The notes beneath the pieces are model-generated. The model was not told the DNA's origin. It saw nothing but the letters and a program-made list of their open reading frames with translations, and did not search any database. DNA of 5,943 nucleotides from Octopus sinensis (taxonomy: Eukaryota): NCBI RefSeq assembly GCF_006345805.1, contig NW_021829506.1, positions 1 to 5,943 on the forward strand, in the 5' to 3' direction. A program made the translations under genes and the position numbers. This document shows, in pieces, positions 5,830-5,943 of this stretch (positions are counted from its first letter, which is position 1; each line of letters begins with the position of its first letter).

Positions 5830-5943
5830 AAGAAGACGAAGAAGAAGGAGGAGGAGGCGTGGGAGGAGGAGGAGAAGAAGAAGAAGAAGAAGAAGAAGAA
5901 GAAGAAGAAGACGAAGAAGGAGGAGGAGGCGTGGGAGGAGGAG
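5830..5943. repeat. Polypurine (GAA)n/(GGA)n compound repeat with a 72-bp higher-order duplication; runs off the window
   Basis: GCGTGGG occurs at 5857 and 5929, and GACGAAGAAG at 5835 and 5910. Confidence 0.92.

Overview
This is eukaryotic, AT-rich, non-genic DNA with no supportable host gene. The repeat families look like octopus (coleoid cephalopod) repeats, but that is recalled recognition, not a database result. From ~1045 to ~4808 the window is a pile-up of about 11 retroelement pieces separated mostly by (AAT)n/(ATT)n tracts. (i) R4/Dong-clade non-LTR retrotransposon fragments: three different C-terminal/3' end types and two tandem, diverged RT-thumb-to-zinc-knuckle segments. (ii) Two minus-strand tRNA-headed SINE pieces, one with a Nin/Deu-like core. 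(iii) An unclassified ~553-bp non-coding element, here called X, present as one full copy, one right-end fragment fused to a Dong fragment, and one inverted left-end fragment. The flanks are compound and higher-order microsatellites. Nearly all listed ORFs with homopolymeric amino-acid runs are microsatellite artefacts. The best candidate for something undescribed is X as a (TAA)n-targeted non-autonomous passenger of Dong, with the Dong-X chimera at 2811-2918 as supporting evidence.
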